This document shows, piece after piece, positions 27,668 through 36,544 of a stretch of DNA of 64,000 nt. Position numbers and translations under genes: made by a program. Numbering within the stretch: the first letter of the stretch is position 1; the number at the start of each line of letters is the position of its first letter. This DNA comes from Gemmatimonadota bacterium (GTDB taxonomy: Bacteria > Latescibacterota > UBA2968 > GCA-2709665). The stretch lies in the NCBI GenBank assembly GCA_028877215.1, contig JAPPFJ010000024.1, forward strand, positions 20,835 to 84,834, written 5' to 3'. Below the pieces are notes generated by a model. That model was not told where the DNA came from and did not search any database. It was given only the letters and a program-made list of their open reading frames with translations.

Positions 27668-28762
27668 ATGACATCCAGAATCTTAACAGCGTTGTTTCTG
27701 ATCTCGAGCTTCTGGGCCTGTGGCGGCGATTCGGTCACGACGCCGGAGCAGCCAGCTCTTGAACGGGGTCTCCACGAGGTCGGTGTCATGACCCAGCCTC
27801 GGCTTCAACATTTCGCGACGTTAATGCAGAATGGCAAGGTCCTGATCGGGGGCGGATACGAGGAACCGCTCTCAACCCGTCGCATCAGCGCCGAAATATT
27901 CGATCCGTTGACCGGGTCCTCTTCGCCAACGGGCAATATGACCGTCAGTCGATCCACGGACAAGGGTATCCTGCTTGCCGACGGTCGCATCCTGATTATG
28001 CCCAGGTATCATGATTTTCCCGTTGAGATCTACGATCCTCATTCCGCTCGATTCGAAGCCCTGGCGAAAATTCCCTGGTATCCGCCCATTACCACTGCAA
28101 ATCTGCTTCAAAGCGGCAGGATATTCGTGACGACCCAGCAGCATGCGGCGGTCTTCGACCCTGCTGCGGGCGCCTTTACCTCCTTAGTCGCGATGGAGGA
28201 AACACGAAAAAACCATACGTCGACGTTGCTAAAGGACGGCCACGTGTTGATCGTCGGCGGGAGCACGGGGAATAACGAGTTGACCGGGCGGAATCTGATC
28301 TACCATCCCTCGTCAAATGGTTTTACGGAAGCCGGTCGTCTGCAGGTTGACCGCTGGGGCCATACGGCCTTGCTTCTCCATGACGGCAGAGTTCTGATCC
28401 TGGGCGGCCATACCGGTTCGGAACAGGCAATCCTTGCCGAGATGTACGACACCGAAACGGACACGTTCTCGCCGGTCGGAGTGGCCGCGATTTCGCCGCT
28501 GGCTGCCCTGCTGCTGCCGTCCGGCAGAGTGTTGCTCATCCACGTGCCCAACGGCAATATCGTACTTTACAATCCGGATACGCATGAATTATCTCCTACA
28601 GTGTACAGCATAGGACCGTGGCGAAGCGGTGCGACGGTTACGCTCCTTGAAGACAACCGGGTAATGATTGCCGGCGGCTGGAAATACAGGGACAGCTCGA
28701 CGCAAAGTGGGCAGGGTCAAGAGCGGGAGATGTCGGATCAGATTCTAATATTTGCCCCATAG
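27668..28762 (+). CDS. Kelch-repeat beta-propeller lipoprotein (K3), first of six tandem copies
   Basis: The N-terminus MTSRILTALFLISSFWACGGDSVTTPEQPALERGLHEVG is conserved among K3-K8, and seven Kelch-like blades are present. The Cys follows F-W-A, an atypical but plausible lipobox. Confidence 0.85.
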   Translation: MTSRILTALFLISSFWACGGDSVTTPEQPALERGLHEVGVMTQPRLQHFATLMQNGKVLIGGGYEEPLSTRRISAEIFDPLTGSSSPTGNMTVSRSTDKGILLADGRILIMPRYHDFPVEIYDPHSARFEALAKIPWYPPITTANLLQSGRIFVTTQQHAAVFDPAAGAFTSLVAMEETRKNHTSTLLKDGHVLIVGGSTGNNELTGRNLIYHPSSNGFTEAGRLQVDRWGHTALLLHDGRVLILGGHTGSEQAILAEMYDTETDTFSPVGVAAISPLAALLLPSGRVLLIHVPNGNIVLYNPDTHELSPTVYSIGPWRSGATVTLLEDNRVMIAGGWKYRDSSTQSGQGQEREMSDQILIFAP

Positions 28763-28792
28763 GGGATAAGGGTTCCGACATTGTAATATTCA

Positions 28793-28841
28793 GGAAGCCG
28801 GTTTGAGGGTGGGGCGGACATTCCTGTCTGCCCGCTTCGCC
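28793..28841 (+). repeat. Post-Kelch hairpin repeat, copy 1
   Basis: GGAAGCCGGTTTGAGGGTGGGGCGGACATTCCTGTCTGCCCG contains the stem GGGCGGACA / TGTCTGCCC (9 bp including one G-T pair) with a TTCC loop. It recurs after K4, K5, K6 and K8. Confidence 0.85.
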
Positions 28842-28893
28842 AGGCGCCTCTCGTAGAAGACTCACGGAAAGACAATAGAAATGGAGGAAGAAG

Positions 28894-30015
28894 ATGACAG
28901 CCCGAATCGCAATAGCATTGTTGGGGATCTCAAGCTTCTGGGCTTGCGGGAGCGACTCGGTGACGGCACCGGAGCCGCCGGCCCATGAAAGGGGTCTCCA
29001 CGAGGTTGGCGCGATGACCCGGCCGCGCTTTGAGCACGCAGCGACGTTATTACAAAGTGGAAAGGTCCTGATCGCCGGGGGCAACGCGGAAATGCCTCCT
29101 TCTGAACCTGGAGTACCTTTCAGGCCCAGCGGTCTTGTCAGCGCGGAGGTTTTCGATCCTGAAACCGGGGTCTCAACACCAACGGGAGACCTGACCGCAA
29201 GTCGATGGGACGACCACGGCATATTGCTTCCCGAAGGACGGGTCCTGATGATATCCAGATTTCTTAGACTCCCCATTGAGATGTACGACCCCCACTCCGG
29301 TAGATTCGATTCCGCAGCAAACGCGCCGTGGTCAAATGGAACGAGTACTGCCACCCTGTTGCCCAACGGAGAGGTCCTTTTAATCGGAGGGTCATCCGCG
29401 GGTCGCGCACGTGTCCTCGATCCCGCTTCAGGTACACTTTCCGACACATTCGCGATGGACCATCCCGGATATGGCCATACGGCCACTTTGCTGAAGGACG
29501 GCCGCGTGCTGATCGTTGGAGGAGCCCGCAGGGGAGTCGAGTTGACGGGACGGAATCTGATCTACGATCCCTCATCCGAAGCCTTTTCAAGAGCAGGCGA
29601 CCTGCAGTTCGACCGCGCACACCACAAGGCGGTGCTCCTTCAGGACGGCAGGGTGCTGATCGTCGGCGGCCACGTCGGAGACGGGCCTCGCGTACAGACG
29701 GCCGAGATCTACGATCCCGAAACAGACACCTTCTCGCCCGCCGGAACTTCCGCAATGCATCCGTTGGCCGCCCTGCTGCTGCCGTCCGGCAGGGTATTTT
29801 TCATTCATTCAGACAACGGTAATATCTCCCTTTATAATCCGGATACTCAAGTATTTTCGCCGCCTACAGGGTATAGTCTAGGTCCGTGGCGAAACGGGGC
29901 GACGGTAACGCTCCTCGATGACGGCCGCGTGCTTATCGCCGGCGGATTGAAGACGGCGGATGACAGTCATTCTCATGAGTCGATTTCGGATAAGATTTTC
30001 ATCTTCACGCCCTGA
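28894..30015 (+). CDS. Kelch-repeat beta-propeller lipoprotein (K4)
   Basis: MTARIAIALLGISSFWACGSDSV..., with the GGAGGAAGAAG RBS region. Colinear paralog of K3-K8. Confidence 0.85.
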   Translation: MTARIAIALLGISSFWACGSDSVTAPEPPAHERGLHEVGAMTRPRFEHAATLLQSGKVLIAGGNAEMPPSEPGVPFRPSGLVSAEVFDPETGVSTPTGDLTASRWDDHGILLPEGRVLMISRFLRLPIEMYDPHSGRFDSAANAPWSNGTSTATLLPNGEVLLIGGSSAGRARVLDPASGTLSDTFAMDHPGYGHTATLLKDGRVLIVGGARRGVELTGRNLIYDPSSEAFSRAGDLQFDRAHHKAVLLQDGRVLIVGGHVGDGPRVQTAEIYDPETDTFSPAGTSAMHPLAALLLPSGRVFFIHSDNGNISLYNPDTQVFSPPTGYSLGPWRNGATVTLLDDGRVLIAGGLKTADDSHSHESISDKIFIFTP

Positions 30016-30567
30016 GAGTTGCCGTTGACCGAACTGTCATGCTGAGGAAGCCGCCACGCAGGCGATGGGTCCGCGCACAGGTTCGTCTACAAAGGCCATA
30101 CGCTACATGTATAATCGAGGAGACGGGAGATTCTTCGACTCCGCTCAGAATGGCATGTTCTGTAATAACCATCAGCGACATGTGTCGGTGATACGTCGGC
30201 GTAAACCGTCATGCAGACGAAGCCGGTTTGAGGGTGGGGCGGACATTCCTGTCTGCCCGCCTCGCTCAGAACGATATGTTTTGCGATAACCATTGGCGAA
30301 GTGTCGAAAGGCTGTTGAATGGCGGGCATTTCGACATTTCGACACGCTCAATGCAGGCATGCTCAATGACCACGCGTTATTTAGTTCATCGGATGTCACT
30401 AGGCCGCTGAGAGGAGACCCAAAACCTGCCCAGCGCCGCTATCTGAGCCTGTCGAAGGTGCTGCCCTGAGCCTGCGGTCCCTGAGCTTGTCGAAGGGTCG
30501 TAGGGGCAGGCGACGGCTGATGCGGTGGGGGGATGTCAGTTCACTCGCAGTCGTGGAGGCAAACATT
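30016..30567. repeat. Repeat-rich spacer between K4 and K5, composed of several REP-like modules
   Basis: It contains three module types. One is the GCTCAGAA(T/C)G..ATGTT.TG..ATAACCAT module, present twice. The second is hairpin repeat copy 2 at 30218-30262. The third comprises GGCGGGCATTTCGACATTTCGACACGCTCAATGCAGGCATGCTCAATGACCACGC and CTGAGCCTGTCGAAGG / CCCTGAGCTTGTCGAAGGGTCG. Most modules recur at 35403-35760. Confidence 0.75.
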
Positions 30568-31704
30568 GTGAATGCCAGATTCTATTTTGCACTGTTAATC
30601 GTCTCGAGCTTCTGGGCTTGCGGAGGCGATTCGGTTACGACGCCGGAGCAGCCTGCCCTTGAACGGGGTCTCCACGAGGTCGGCAATCTGAGCCAGCCCC
30701 GGTATTGGCATGCCGCGACTTTGTTGCAGAACGGCAAGGTCCTGATCGCGGGCGGCCTCGAAGAACTGCCTGTCGTACTCGCGGGGCCGCCTCCCCCGGA
30801 TACCCCCATTCCCCAGCCGAAGCGTCTCATCAGCGCGGAAATATTCGACCCTGAGACCGGGATCTCAACGCCAACGGGAAACATGGCCGCAAGTCGCAGC
30901 GGGGACCACGGAATATTGCTTCCCGACGGCCGGGTCCTGATCATACCCGGAAATCCCAATCTCCCCATTGAGAGGTACGATGCTCATTCCGGCAGATTCA
31001 ACCCTGTGGCAGTTTTGCCTGGGAGAGTTGGGATTCTGACTGCCACTTTGCTTCTCGACGGAAAGGTCTTCTTGACCAGCACGTTATACGCGGGTGTCTT
31101 CGACCCGACTACAGGCCCATTCTCCCCCTTATTCAGGATGGATCCTTCCCGAATCGGCCATACGGCCACTTTGTTGAAGGACGGCAGGGTGTTGATCGTT
31201 GGAGGACAGAATGTCGGAGTGGACGCAGGGTTGCTGGGACGGAATCTTATCTATGATCCCTCGACCGAAGCCCTTTCGGAAGCAGGCAACTTGCAGTTCG
31301 ACCGCAGGAATCATAAGGCGGTGCTACTGGAGGACGGGAGGGTCCTGATCATAGGCGGCGGCGCCGCCGGCAGAGGGCCATTCGTGCAGACGGCAGAGAT
31401 CTACGACCCGGAAGCCAATACCTTTTCACCGGCCGGCGTCTCAACGATCGATCCCAGCGCCGCCCTTCTGCTGCCGTCCGGCAACGTGTTTCTTATCCGC
31501 TCGTACAACGGCGATATCGTACTGTATGATCCCGCCACGCACGCATTTTCCGGTACCGGATACAGCATCAGCCCGCGCAGGTCCTTTGCGACGGCCACGC
31601 TTCTTGAAGACGGCCGCGTGATGGTCGCCGGCGGAATCAAGTGGACGGCTGACAATCACGATTGGGAGTCGATTACGGATCAGATTTCCATTTTTACCCC
31701 GTGA
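30568..31704 (+). CDS. Kelch-repeat beta-propeller lipoprotein (K5)
   Basis: The track ORF starts at 30487, inside repeat DNA. Alignment with the paralog N-termini supports the GTG at 30568, after GTGGAGG, giving (M)NARFYFALLIVSSFWACGGDSV. Confidence 0.8.
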   Translation: MNARFYFALLIVSSFWACGGDSVTTPEQPALERGLHEVGNLSQPRYWHAATLLQNGKVLIAGGLEELPVVLAGPPPPDTPIPQPKRLISAEIFDPETGISTPTGNMAASRSGDHGILLPDGRVLIIPGNPNLPIERYDAHSGRFNPVAVLPGRVGILTATLLLDGKVFLTSTLYAGVFDPTTGPFSPLFRMDPSRIGHTATLLKDGRVLIVGGQNVGVDAGLLGRNLIYDPSTEALSEAGNLQFDRRNHKAVLLEDGRVLIIGGGAAGRGPFVQTAEIYDPEANTFSPAGVSTIDPSAALLLPSGNVFLIRSYNGDIVLYDPATHAFSGTGYSISPRRSFATATLLEDGRVMVAGGIKWTADNHDWESITDQISIFTP

Positions 31705-31730
31705 GACACACAGGAGTCACTACTGTCAAT

Positions 31731-31775
31731 AGGAAGAAGCCGGTTTGAGGGTGGGGCGGACATTCCTGTCTGCCG
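31731..31775 (+). repeat. Post-Kelch hairpin repeat, copy 3
   Basis: AGGAAGAAGCCGGTTTGAGGGTGGGGCGGACATTCCTGTCTGCC. Confidence 0.85.
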
Positions 31776-31835
31776 TTGTGTGAGCCCTGTCGAGTCGATG
31801 TCGTACCCTCAGTCCCCTGACGTGGAGTATAGAGA

Positions 31836-32951
31836 ATGACCACCAGAATCTTGTTTGCGCTGTTAATCCTCTCAAGCCTCTGGGCTTGCGGAGGCGATTC
31901 GGTAACGACGCCGGAACAGCCGACTTATGAAAGGGGTCTCCACGAGGTCGGCACGATGACCCGGCCGCGCTATATGCACGCGGCAACGCAATTGCAAAGT
32001 GGAAAGGTCCTGATTGCCGGGGGCAACGCGGCACTACCTCCTGCGGGAGAAGGTGTGTGGGAGATCGATGGTCTTGTCAGCGCGGAGATTTTCGATCCTG
32101 AAACCGGGATCTCAACGCCAACGGGAGACCTGACCGCCAGTCGCGAAGAGGACCACGGAATATTACTGCTTCCCGACGGTCGGGTCCTGATCACAACCGG
32201 GTTTGGTAGTCTCTCTATTGAGATTTACGATCCTCAATCCGGCAGATTCGACGACGTGGCAATCTTGCCCTGGAGAGTCAGGACTCAGACTGCGACCCTG
32301 CTGCCCAGCGGAGAGGTCTTTTTGACCAGCTACTTTCAAGCGGGTGTCTTCGATCCCAGTAAAGGTGCGTTTTCCGCCACATTCCGGATGTATCCTACCC
32401 GTGTTGGCCATACGGCGACTCTGTTGAAGGATGGCAGGGTGTTGATCGTTGGAGGAAAACTCTTCGGAGGGGAATGGTTGCTGGGACAGAATCTTATCTA
32501 TGATCCCTCGACCGAAGCCTTTTCGGAAGCAGGTAACCTGCAGTTCGACCGCGTACACCATAAAGCGGTGCTCCTTCAGGACGGCAGGGTACTGATCGCA
32601 GGCGGCTCCACCGATCCTGGGGCTCCCGTTCTGACGGCCGAGATTTACGACCCGGAAACCGATACTTTCTCAGCCGCTGGAACTTCTGCAATGAATCCAA
32701 GGGCCGCCCTTCTATTGCCGTCCGGCAAGGTATTCTTTATTCACTCAGACAACGGCAATATCTCCATATATAACCCGGATACCCGAGTATTTTCGCCGCC
32801 TACAGGGTACAGTATAGGTCCGTGGCGATACGGGGCGACGGTAACGCCTCTCGAAGACGGCCGCGTCGTTATCGCCGGCGGATTGAAGTGGTCGGATGAC
32901 AGTCATTTTTGGGAGTCGATTACGGATGAAATTCTCATTTTCACGCCCTGA
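31836..32951 (+). CDS. Kelch-repeat beta-propeller lipoprotein (K6)
   Basis: MTTRILFALLILSSLWACGGDSV...; colinear paralog. Confidence 0.85.
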   Translation: MTTRILFALLILSSLWACGGDSVTTPEQPTYERGLHEVGTMTRPRYMHAATQLQSGKVLIAGGNAALPPAGEGVWEIDGLVSAEIFDPETGISTPTGDLTASREEDHGILLLPDGRVLITTGFGSLSIEIYDPQSGRFDDVAILPWRVRTQTATLLPSGEVFLTSYFQAGVFDPSKGAFSATFRMYPTRVGHTATLLKDGRVLIVGGKLFGGEWLLGQNLIYDPSTEAFSEAGNLQFDRVHHKAVLLQDGRVLIAGGSTDPGAPVLTAEIYDPETDTFSAAGTSAMNPRAALLLPSGKVFFIHSDNGNISIYNPDTRVFSPPTGYSIGPWRYGATVTPLEDGRVVIAGGLKWSDDSHFWESITDEILIFTP

Positions 32952-32980
32952 GAGTAACCGTGCACCCGATCTGTCATGCC

Positions 32981-33031
32981 AAGGAAGCCCGGTATGAAGG
33001 TGGGGTAGACATTCCTGTCTGCCCGCTTCGC
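32981..33031 (+). repeat. Post-Kelch hairpin repeat, copy 4 (diverged)
   Basis: AAGGAAGCCCGGTATGAAGGTGGGGTAGACATTCCTGTCTGCCCGCTTCGCC. Confidence 0.8.
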
Positions 33032-33085
33032 CGACCCTATCGCGTAGATTTCGCGCTCACGGACCCTTGACGAGGAGGAGAAAAA

Positions 33086-34222
33086 ATGACTGCACGAATC
33101 TTGTTTGCCCTGTTTATCGTCTCAAGCTTCTGGGCCTGCGGAAGCGATTCGGTCACCACGTCGGCGCCGCCGGCCCTTGAAAGGGGTCTTCACGAGGTTG
33201 GCAATCTGAGCAAGCCCCGGTATTGGCATGCCGCGACATTATTGCAGGATGGGAAGGTCCTGATCGCCGGCGGCTACGCGGAATTGCTTCCCGTGCTCGA
33301 TGCGCCACCTCCCCCGAATACCGCCATTCCCCGGCCGGAGCGTCATGTCAGCGCAGAGTTGTTCGATCCTGTGACCGGGACCACTACCCCTACGGGAGAC
33401 ATGACCGTGAGTCGCAGCGGGGACCACGGAATAATGCTTGCCGACGGTCGAGTCATAATCATCCCCGGATCTGCGCGTCTTCCCATCGAGATGTACGATC
33501 CTGAGTCGGGCAGATTCGACTTTGTGGCAAACGTGCCTGGGGATGTGGGGATCCGGACTGCCACGCTACTGCCCAACGGAGAGGTCTTTTTGACCAGCAC
33601 GGTACACGCGGGTGTCTTTGACCCGGATACAGGTACATTTCCCGCCGTTTTCGCTATGGATCAGCCGCGATTCGGTCATACGGCGACTTTATTGAAGGAC
33701 GGCCGCGTGCTGATCGTTGGGGGGAAGACAGTGGGAAGGGACGCCGGGCTGGTCGGCAGAAACCTGATTTACGATCCCTCGTCCGAAGCTTTTTCAGAAG
33801 CAGGCGATCTGCAAATCGACCGACTGAATCACAAAGCAGTGCTTCTTCAGGACGGCGGAGTCCTGATCATTGGCGGTAGCGATGCCGATTTTCGGAAGTC
33901 CGTACAGACCTTGGAGATGTACGACCCTGAAACCAACACGTTTTCGCCAGTCGGCGTTTCGACAATTGAACCGCTGGCCGCGTGGTTGCTGCCTTCCGGC
34001 AGAGTGATGTTCATACGCTCGATTAACGGCGATATCGCACTATACAATCCCGCGACACATGAATTCTCTCCCACGGGACACAGCATAGGGTGGCGGTCGT
34101 CGCCTACGGTAACGCTGCTTGCAGACGGCCGCGTGATGATTGCCGGTGGTTCGAAGGATACCGGCAGTGGACACACGTTCAAGGAGGAGATTACGGATCA
34201 GATTCTGATCTTCACGCCTTAG
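33086..34222 (+). CDS. Kelch-repeat beta-propeller lipoprotein (K7)
   Basis: MTARILFALFIVSSFWACGSDSV...; GAGGAGGAG RBS; colinear paralog. Confidence 0.85.
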   Translation: MTARILFALFIVSSFWACGSDSVTTSAPPALERGLHEVGNLSKPRYWHAATLLQDGKVLIAGGYAELLPVLDAPPPPNTAIPRPERHVSAELFDPVTGTTTPTGDMTVSRSGDHGIMLADGRVIIIPGSARLPIEMYDPESGRFDFVANVPGDVGIRTATLLPNGEVFLTSTVHAGVFDPDTGTFPAVFAMDQPRFGHTATLLKDGRVLIVGGKTVGRDAGLVGRNLIYDPSSEAFSEAGDLQIDRLNHKAVLLQDGGVLIIGGSDADFRKSVQTLEMYDPETNTFSPVGVSTIEPLAAWLLPSGRVMFIRSINGDIALYNPATHEFSPTGHSIGWRSSPTVTLLADGRVMIAGGSKDTGSGHTFKEEITDQILIFTP

Positions 34223-34265
34223 AGACGCGCTTAGAGACATTAGGTCTAAACCCGGGGGAAAGAAT

Positions 34266-35402
34266 ATGACCACCAGAATCCTGTTCGCGTTGTTCGTCGT
34301 CACGAGCGTATGGGCCTGTGGCGGCGATTCGGTGACCACGTCGGCGCCGCCGACCCTTGAACGGGGTCTCCACGAGGTTGGCAATCTGAGCAAGCCCCGG
34401 TATTGGCACGCCGCGACGTTATTGCCGAACGGCAAGGTTCTGATCGCCGGCGGCCTGGCGGAGCCGCCAACAGAGGTCCAGGACCCGTCTCCGGGCGGTA
34501 CTGTCATCTGGCGGCCCTCGGGTTCTCTCGCCAGCGCGGAGGTGTTCGATCCTGAAACGGGTATCTCTACGCCAACCGGAGATATGACCGCCAGACGATA
34601 CAACGACAATGGATTCTTGCTTCCCGACGGTCGCGTCCTGATCATGCCCGGAAATGGAATTCTCCCCATAGAGATGTACGATCCTCATTCCGGCAGATTC
34701 GACGCCGTGGCAGGGATGCCGTCCAATGTAAACATCACGACTGCAACACTGCTACCCAGCGGAGAGGTCTTTGTGACCAGTTGGGACCACACGGGTGTTT
34801 TCGATCCGGATACCCGCGCGTTTCACTCCATCTTTAAGAGGGAGGAAACTCGAAGACTCCATACAGCGACGCTGTTGAAGGATGGACGCGTTCTGGTCGT
34901 TGGAGGAGTGCGTCGCGGATTTGAAGACGGTTTGGTTGGACGGAACGTCATTTACGATCCCTCGTCCAGGGGCGTATCCGAAGCCGGTAATCTGCAGTTC
35001 GACCGCACAAACCATAAGGCGGTGCTTCTCCAGGACGGCAAGGTCCTGATCGTTGGGGGGCACACCGAAACAGGGACTTTCTTGCAGACGGCCGAGACAT
35101 ATGACCCTGAAACGAACACGTTTTCGCCGGCCGGCGTTTCTACCATCGACCCGAGCGCCGCCGTGCTGTTGCCGTCCGGCGACGTGCTCCTCATCCGATC
35201 GTATAACGGCGATATCGCGCTATATAATCCCGACACGCATGTATTTTCACCTACAGGACACAGCATTGGATGGCGGTCGTTGCCTACGGTTACGCTGCTC
35301 GCGGACGGACGCATTATGATTGCCGGCGGATCGAAGGATGCCGACAATGGGCATTCGGTCAAGGAGGAAATTTCGGATCAGATCCTGATCTTCACGCCCT
35401 GA
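34266..35402 (+). CDS. Kelch-repeat beta-propeller lipoprotein (K8)
   Basis: MTTRILFALFVVTSVWACGGDSV...; only 43 nt after K7; colinear paralog. Confidence 0.85.
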   Translation: MTTRILFALFVVTSVWACGGDSVTTSAPPTLERGLHEVGNLSKPRYWHAATLLPNGKVLIAGGLAEPPTEVQDPSPGGTVIWRPSGSLASAEVFDPETGISTPTGDMTARRYNDNGFLLPDGRVLIMPGNGILPIEMYDPHSGRFDAVAGMPSNVNITTATLLPSGEVFVTSWDHTGVFDPDTRAFHSIFKREETRRLHTATLLKDGRVLVVGGVRRGFEDGLVGRNVIYDPSSRGVSEAGNLQFDRTNHKAVLLQDGKVLIVGGHTETGTFLQTAETYDPETNTFSPAGVSTIDPSAAVLLPSGDVLLIRSYNGDIALYNPDTHVFSPTGHSIGWRSLPTVTLLADGRIMIAGGSKDADNGHSVKEEISDQILIFTP

Positions 35403-35760
35403 GAGTTACCGCGTACCCGATCTGTCATGTTGAGGTAGCCGGTTTGAGGGTGGGGCGGACATTCCTGTCTGCCCGTATCGCTATCCATCTCTGTTTGCCG
35501 GTAGGATCGGAATCGGTCTACAGTTACCCTCGCCCGATATGCAAACGACTATTGTTGCCTGCTCCCCGAGCCGCTCCCTGAGATTGCGGTCCCTGAGCTT
35601 GTCGAAGGGTCGAAGGGTCGGCGCGGGGATAGCGAAGCGCGGGCATTTCGACATTTCGACAAGCTCAATGCAGGCATGCTCAATGACCACGCTTCGGTAT
35701 GCGATCTTCGCTACGCTCAGAATGACATGATTTGCAATAACCGGGGTCGAAATGTATACT
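35403..35760. repeat. Repeat-rich spacer after K8, homologous in modules to 30016-30567
   Basis: It contains hairpin repeat copy 5 (35431-35476), CCCTGAGCTTGTCGAAGGGTCGAAGGGTCG, GCGGGCATTTCGACATTTCGACAAGCTCAATGCAGGCATGCTCAATGACCACGC and CGCTACGCTCAGAATGACATGATTTGCAATAACC. Confidence 0.75.
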
Positions 35761-35831
35761 TCATTCGCTAGCGCGAACAGGTATACTGAGGAAGCCGGTG
35801 TCTAGTTTACAGAATTGGAGAGGACCGCAAT

Positions 35832-36368
35832 ATGCAACTGAGGTTTGGATGGAAATCCTGGGTGTTGATGGGCATCGCGGTGGTGCTGGCGGGTGTCGCG
35901 CTGGGGCAGATGCTCGTGGAGACGCCGGAGCCGGAGAACGCACTGCCCGTGGGCCCGGCCGCACCCGACTTCGCGTTGGACAGTCCGGACGGCTCGGTTG
36001 TCCGGTTATCCGATAATAAGGACCGTGTTGTCCTGATCAACTTCTGGGCGACCTGGTGCGTACCGTGCCTGTACGAATTGCCGCATATTCAGAAGTTGCA
36101 CGAACGGTATCGCAACAAGGGCTTGACGGTGCTTGCCATCAACTCCGACTTCGACCGGGCGCGCGTGGAGCCGTTTGTCCGGAAAAACGGCTACACGTTT
36201 CCGGTGCTGTTCGCCGATCCCGGCGTTCAATCCGACTACGACGTCCGGAGCATTCCAACCACCTATCTGGTCGACAGGAAAGGCCGTCTCAGGTTCGCGC
36301 AAACGGGCTACGGCCCCGACACCGAAACGGAACTGGACTGGGCACTCGAACAGCTATTGGGAAAGTAG
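35832..36368 (+). CDS. TlpA/ResA-family thiol-disulfide oxidoreductase (thioredoxin fold), membrane anchored
   Basis: It has an N-terminal hydrophobic segment. FWATWCVPCLYELPHIQKL carries the CxxC motif (WCVPC), and YTFPVL...YDVRSIPTTYLVDRKG is typical of the family. Confidence 0.85.
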   Translation: MQLRFGWKSWVLMGIAVVLAGVALGQMLVETPEPENALPVGPAAPDFALDSPDGSVVRLSDNKDRVVLINFWATWCVPCLYELPHIQKLHERYRNKGLTVLAINSDFDRARVEPFVRKNGYTFPVLFADPGVQSDYDVRSIPTTYLVDRKGRLRFAQTGYGPDTETELDWALEQLLGK

Positions 36369-36544
36369 ATAGCAGGCTGGTTTTTTCGAAGCTTGGAGGG
36401 GAGGGGCGAGCGCGGGTTTTGCTCCGGACAAGAGCAACTTTGCGTGAGGAAGGTTTTCCGGGACGGGCCCATATTTCGGCAGTTCTTTGGACCCTTCCCG
36501 GTATCCGACAGGATAATTTATAGTTCGTTTTGTTTTTAACGCTT

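Noticed and set aside
30487-30567. Upstream extension of K5 (MSKGRRGRRRLMRWGDVSSLAVVEANIV) given by the track ORF.
   Set aside because: The extension is a translation of REP-like spacer DNA and is absent from all paralogs. The GTG at 30568, with an upstream GGAGG, restores the conserved lipoprotein signal peptide.
1-35402. A diversity-generating retroelement or other targeted hypermutation mechanism as the cause of variable loops in the paralogs.
   Set aside because: No reverse transcriptase gene and no template/variable repeat pair with adenine-specific differences is visible. Divergence is spread over whole genes, consistent with ordinary paralog evolution plus gene conversion.
27668-35476. 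Regularly spaced conserved roughly 45-nt repeats, which might suggest a CRISPR-like array.
   Set aside because: The spacing is 1.2-2.4 kb and the intervals are protein-coding Kelch genes. The repeats are post-gene hairpins, and no cas genes are present.
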